Shown here piece after piece: positions 63,490 to 64,000 of a stretch of 64,000 bases of DNA. The notes below the pieces were generated by a model. It did no database searches and had not been told where the DNA came from. It saw nothing but the letters and a program-made list of their open reading frames with translations. The position numbers were made by a program, and so were the translations under genes. Each line of letters opens with the position of its first letter. Position 1 is the first letter of the stretch. Origin of the DNA: Callorhinchus milii (taxonomy: Eukaryota); contig NW_024704743.1 in assembly GCF_018977255.1 (NCBI RefSeq), forward strand, positions 558,001-622,000. The letters are read 5' to 3'.

Positions 63490-63898
63490 GAGTGGGGCTG
63501 GTGGGGGGGTTGAGAGAGCCGGGGGGGAGTGGGGCTGGTGGGGGGGGGGGTTGAGAGAGCAATCTGAGAGCAATACTTTCTCAGCTCCACCCGGAGCAGC
63601 AGAACAAAAAAAAAGGGTTTACAGTTAAAAAAGATCATTTTGTGACCGACCGACCGACTGACGGACGGACGGTGAGAAGGATTCCTCCGTACAGTCAGCT
63701 CGGCTCAGTTGGCCCCGAGTCTGGTAGCTTTGTGGGTTCAAGCCCCACATTCGAGGCTCTAACGCAGCACTGGGGTTATAGACCACCGTTGCCGGAGGTG
63801 CGGTGCCGTCCTTCGGATGAGATGTTAACCCCCAGGTCCTGTCCCTCTGTTTGGGTGGATCTTAAAGCTACTGTCGCACTATTTGAAATGAAAAGGGA

Positions 63899-63933
<35 letters not shown>

Positions 63934-64000
63934 TCCTGCTATCGTGGCCTTATCACGTCCTCGAGACGTCTCGAAGCTCTGCACAGGAAACACCGGGACG

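Overview
Repeat-rich vertebrate genomic DNA. The SINE/CR1/L2 repertoire suggests a cartilaginous fish, but that is inference. The + strand carries CTDSPL coding exons 2-8 (14455-27078; exon 1 not found in the window), with an intact intronic miR-26a hairpin and a 33-nt microexon. Downstream is a ~10 kb stretch almost free of the otherwise ubiquitous SINE, ending at AATAAA 37122, which may be a very long 3' UTR. That stretch hides an ancient, internally deleted LTR retroelement/ERV on the - strand (~31519-33730) with two diverged LTRs, a tRNA-Lys(UUU)-type PBS, a decayed gag with two CCHC knuckles and an env-like TM remnant. From 58356 there are seven exons of a villin-family gene (VILL by synteny and sequence) covering only the G3/G4 linker and G4-G6, including a GC-AG intron. 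No G1-G3 exons are visible upstream, which means either a half-villin or an assembly collapse at a minisatellite that reappears after the N gap at 63465-63489. Three minisatellite arrays each arose by tandem amplification of a short piece of a retroposon or dispersed repeat. No prokaryotic systems or CRISPR arrays. Repeat boundaries are approximate and read by eye.
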